Positions 62,150 to 64,000 of a stretch of 64,000 bases of DNA are shown here, piece after piece. The notes beneath the pieces were generated by a model that was not told the DNA's origin, did not search any database, and saw nothing but the letters and a program-made list of their open reading frames with translations. This DNA comes from Malacoraja senta (lineage: Eukaryota): positions 1,800,001 to 1,864,000 of the forward strand of contig CM075999.1 in NCBI GenBank assembly GCA_038087875.1, written 5' to 3'. Position numbers and translations under genes: made by a program. Numbering within the stretch: position 1 is the first letter of the stretch; each line of letters begins with the position of its first letter.

Positions 62150-62442
62150 TGAGGCCATAGGTTCAAGGTGAAGGGGAAAGATTCAATAGGAATCTGAGGG
62201 GTAACTTATACACACAAAGGGTGGTGGGTGTATGGAACAAGCTGCCAGAGGATGCAGTTGTGGCTGGGACTATCCCAACGTTTAAGAAGCAGTTAGACAG
62301 GTACATGGATAAGGACAGGTTTGGAGGGATATGGACCAAGCGCAGGCAGGTGGGACTGGTGTAGCTGGGACATTGTTGGGCGGTGTGGGCAAGTTGGGCC
62401 GAAGGGCCTGTTTCCACACAGTATCACTCTGTGACTCTATGA
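62150..62442 (+). mobile_element. CR1 subfamily D (HER1-like) 3' end
   Basis: Tail GGGCCGAAGGGCCTGTTTCCACACAGTATC shared with the SINE. Confidence 0.85.
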
Positions 62443-62777
62443 ATCCATGGCCTCACTCTGGCAATGGAGGAGGCCCAGGCCAGAAAGGTTGGTGTAAACG
62501 GGAGTTAAAATGGTTTTTAAAAAAACCCATTGCTATTTATAAAGGCAGGCAGCGTGGAGAAGAAAAAAAGCACTTATAACGAATCTGTCATGACAACAGA
62601 ATGAATGAGATGAGATTCTATGGAAATGTATAATAATCTGTTAGCTGTGAAGGCGCTGGAGAGGGGGGGGGGGAGAGTGGGTTTCAAGGATTGTAGTCAT
62701 AGTCATACAGCACGGATACAGGCCCTTCAGCCCAACTTGCCCACGCCAACCAACATGCCCCATCGATTGTGTACAGT

Positions 62778-63325
62778 CTTAGTCTCCTAATTTGAGGAAG
62801 GACATCCTTGTGATTGACGCAGTGCAGCGTAGGTTCACGAGATCGATCCCTGGGATGGCGGGACTGTCGTATGAGGAAAGATTGAAAAGACTAGGCTTGT
62901 ATTCACTGGAGTTTAGAAGGATGAGGGGGAATCTTATAGAAACATATAAAATTATAAAAGGACTGGACAAGCAGGAAAAATGTTCCCAACGTGGGGCGTG
63001 TCCAGAACCAGGGGCCACACTTAGAATAAAAGGGAGGTCATTTAAGACTGAGGTGAGAAAAAACTTTTTCACCCAGAGAGTTGTGAATTTGTGGAATTCC
63101 CTGTCACAGAGGGCAGTGGGAGGCAAGTCACTGGATGGATTTAAGAGAGAGTTGGGTAGAGCTCTAAGGGCTAGTGGAGTCAAGGGATATGGGGAGAAGG
63201 CAGGCACGGGTTATTGATAGGGGACGATCAGCCATGATCACAATGAATGGTGGTGCTGTCTCGAAGGGCCGAATGGCCTCCTCCTGCACCTATTGTCTAT
63301 GTTTCTATGTTTCTATGTTTCTATG
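62778..63325 (+). mobile_element. CR1 subfamily C 3' fragment
   Basis: RKDILVIDAVQRRFTRSIPGMAGLSYEERLKRLGLYSLEFRR. Confidence 0.9.
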
Positions 63326-63574
63326 ACACTAGTCCCTATTGTGCACAGGATAGTGCTAGTGTATGGGGTGATCGCTGGTCGGCACGGACTCGGTGGGCCG
63401 AAGGGCCTGTATCTGCGCTGTATCTCTAAAGTATAAAGTCATTGCTATACACGATGGCCCAGCCTCACCCACTCTCACACGGAGATGGAAAACTGCGTTG
63501 AAGTATCCTCACACAATTTACCACAATAAGTGGACCTTTGATTCACGGAATCAATCATTTTCCAAATCATAAAG

Positions 63575-64000
63575 TCACATAATCATAGAGTCACAGAGTG
63601 ATACAGTGTGGCCCTTCAGCCCAACCCGCCGACACCGGCCAACAATGTCCCAGCTACCCTAGTCCCACTTGCTTGCGCTTGGTCCATAACCTTGCAAACC
63701 TGTCCTATCCATGTACCTGTCCAACTGTTTCTTAAACGATGGGATAGTCCCAGCCTCAACGACCTCCTCTGGCAGCTTGTTCCATACACCCTCTGTGAGA
63801 AAAAGTTACCCCTCGGATTCCTACTAAATCTTTTCCCCTTTAACTTGAACCTGTCCTCTGGTCCTCGATTCCTCTACTCTGGGCAAGGGACTGTGGATCT
63901 ACCCGATCTATTCCTCTCATGATTTTGAATACCTCTATAAGATCTCCCCTCATCCTCCTATGCTCCATGGAATAGAGACCCAGCCTACTTAACCTCACCC
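63575..64000 (-). mobile_element. CR1 subfamily D 3' fragment, runs off the window
   Basis: Reverse-complement homolog of 40083-41010 and 62150-62442. Confidence 0.85.

Overview
Eukaryotic (vertebrate) non-coding DNA, very probably from a cartilaginous fish such as a skate or ray. This is inferred from abundant HE1-type tRNA-derived V-SINEs and their partner CR1 LINE tails. I found no host protein-coding gene. Essentially all supplied ORFs are transposon remnants, shadows of SINEs, or translations of tandem repeats. The window is a dense, nested mosaic. It contains 5'-truncated CR1 LINEs (about 5 subfamilies), HE1-like SINEs, Rex1/Babar, L2, L1 and probable R2-Hero fragments. It also holds Penelope-like elements (a GIY-YIG ORF end plus many short terminal pieces), non-autonomous DNA transposons (PIF/Harbinger-like, hAT-like, one unclassified TIR element), non-autonomous Helitrons, minisatellites and two 200-N assembly gaps. 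The most interesting signals are: (i) a minimal hammerhead-ribozyme motif carried by short Penelope-derived insertions, which have 14-17 bp target duplications and frequent fold-back (inverted) architecture; (ii) a Helitron that carries and apparently seeds a 30-bp minisatellite; (iii) repeated conversion of internal transposon segments into tandem arrays. These are family-level known phenomena seen in specific detail here. I cannot support a claim of a wholly new system from this sequence alone. Family assignments are by eye, without database searches.
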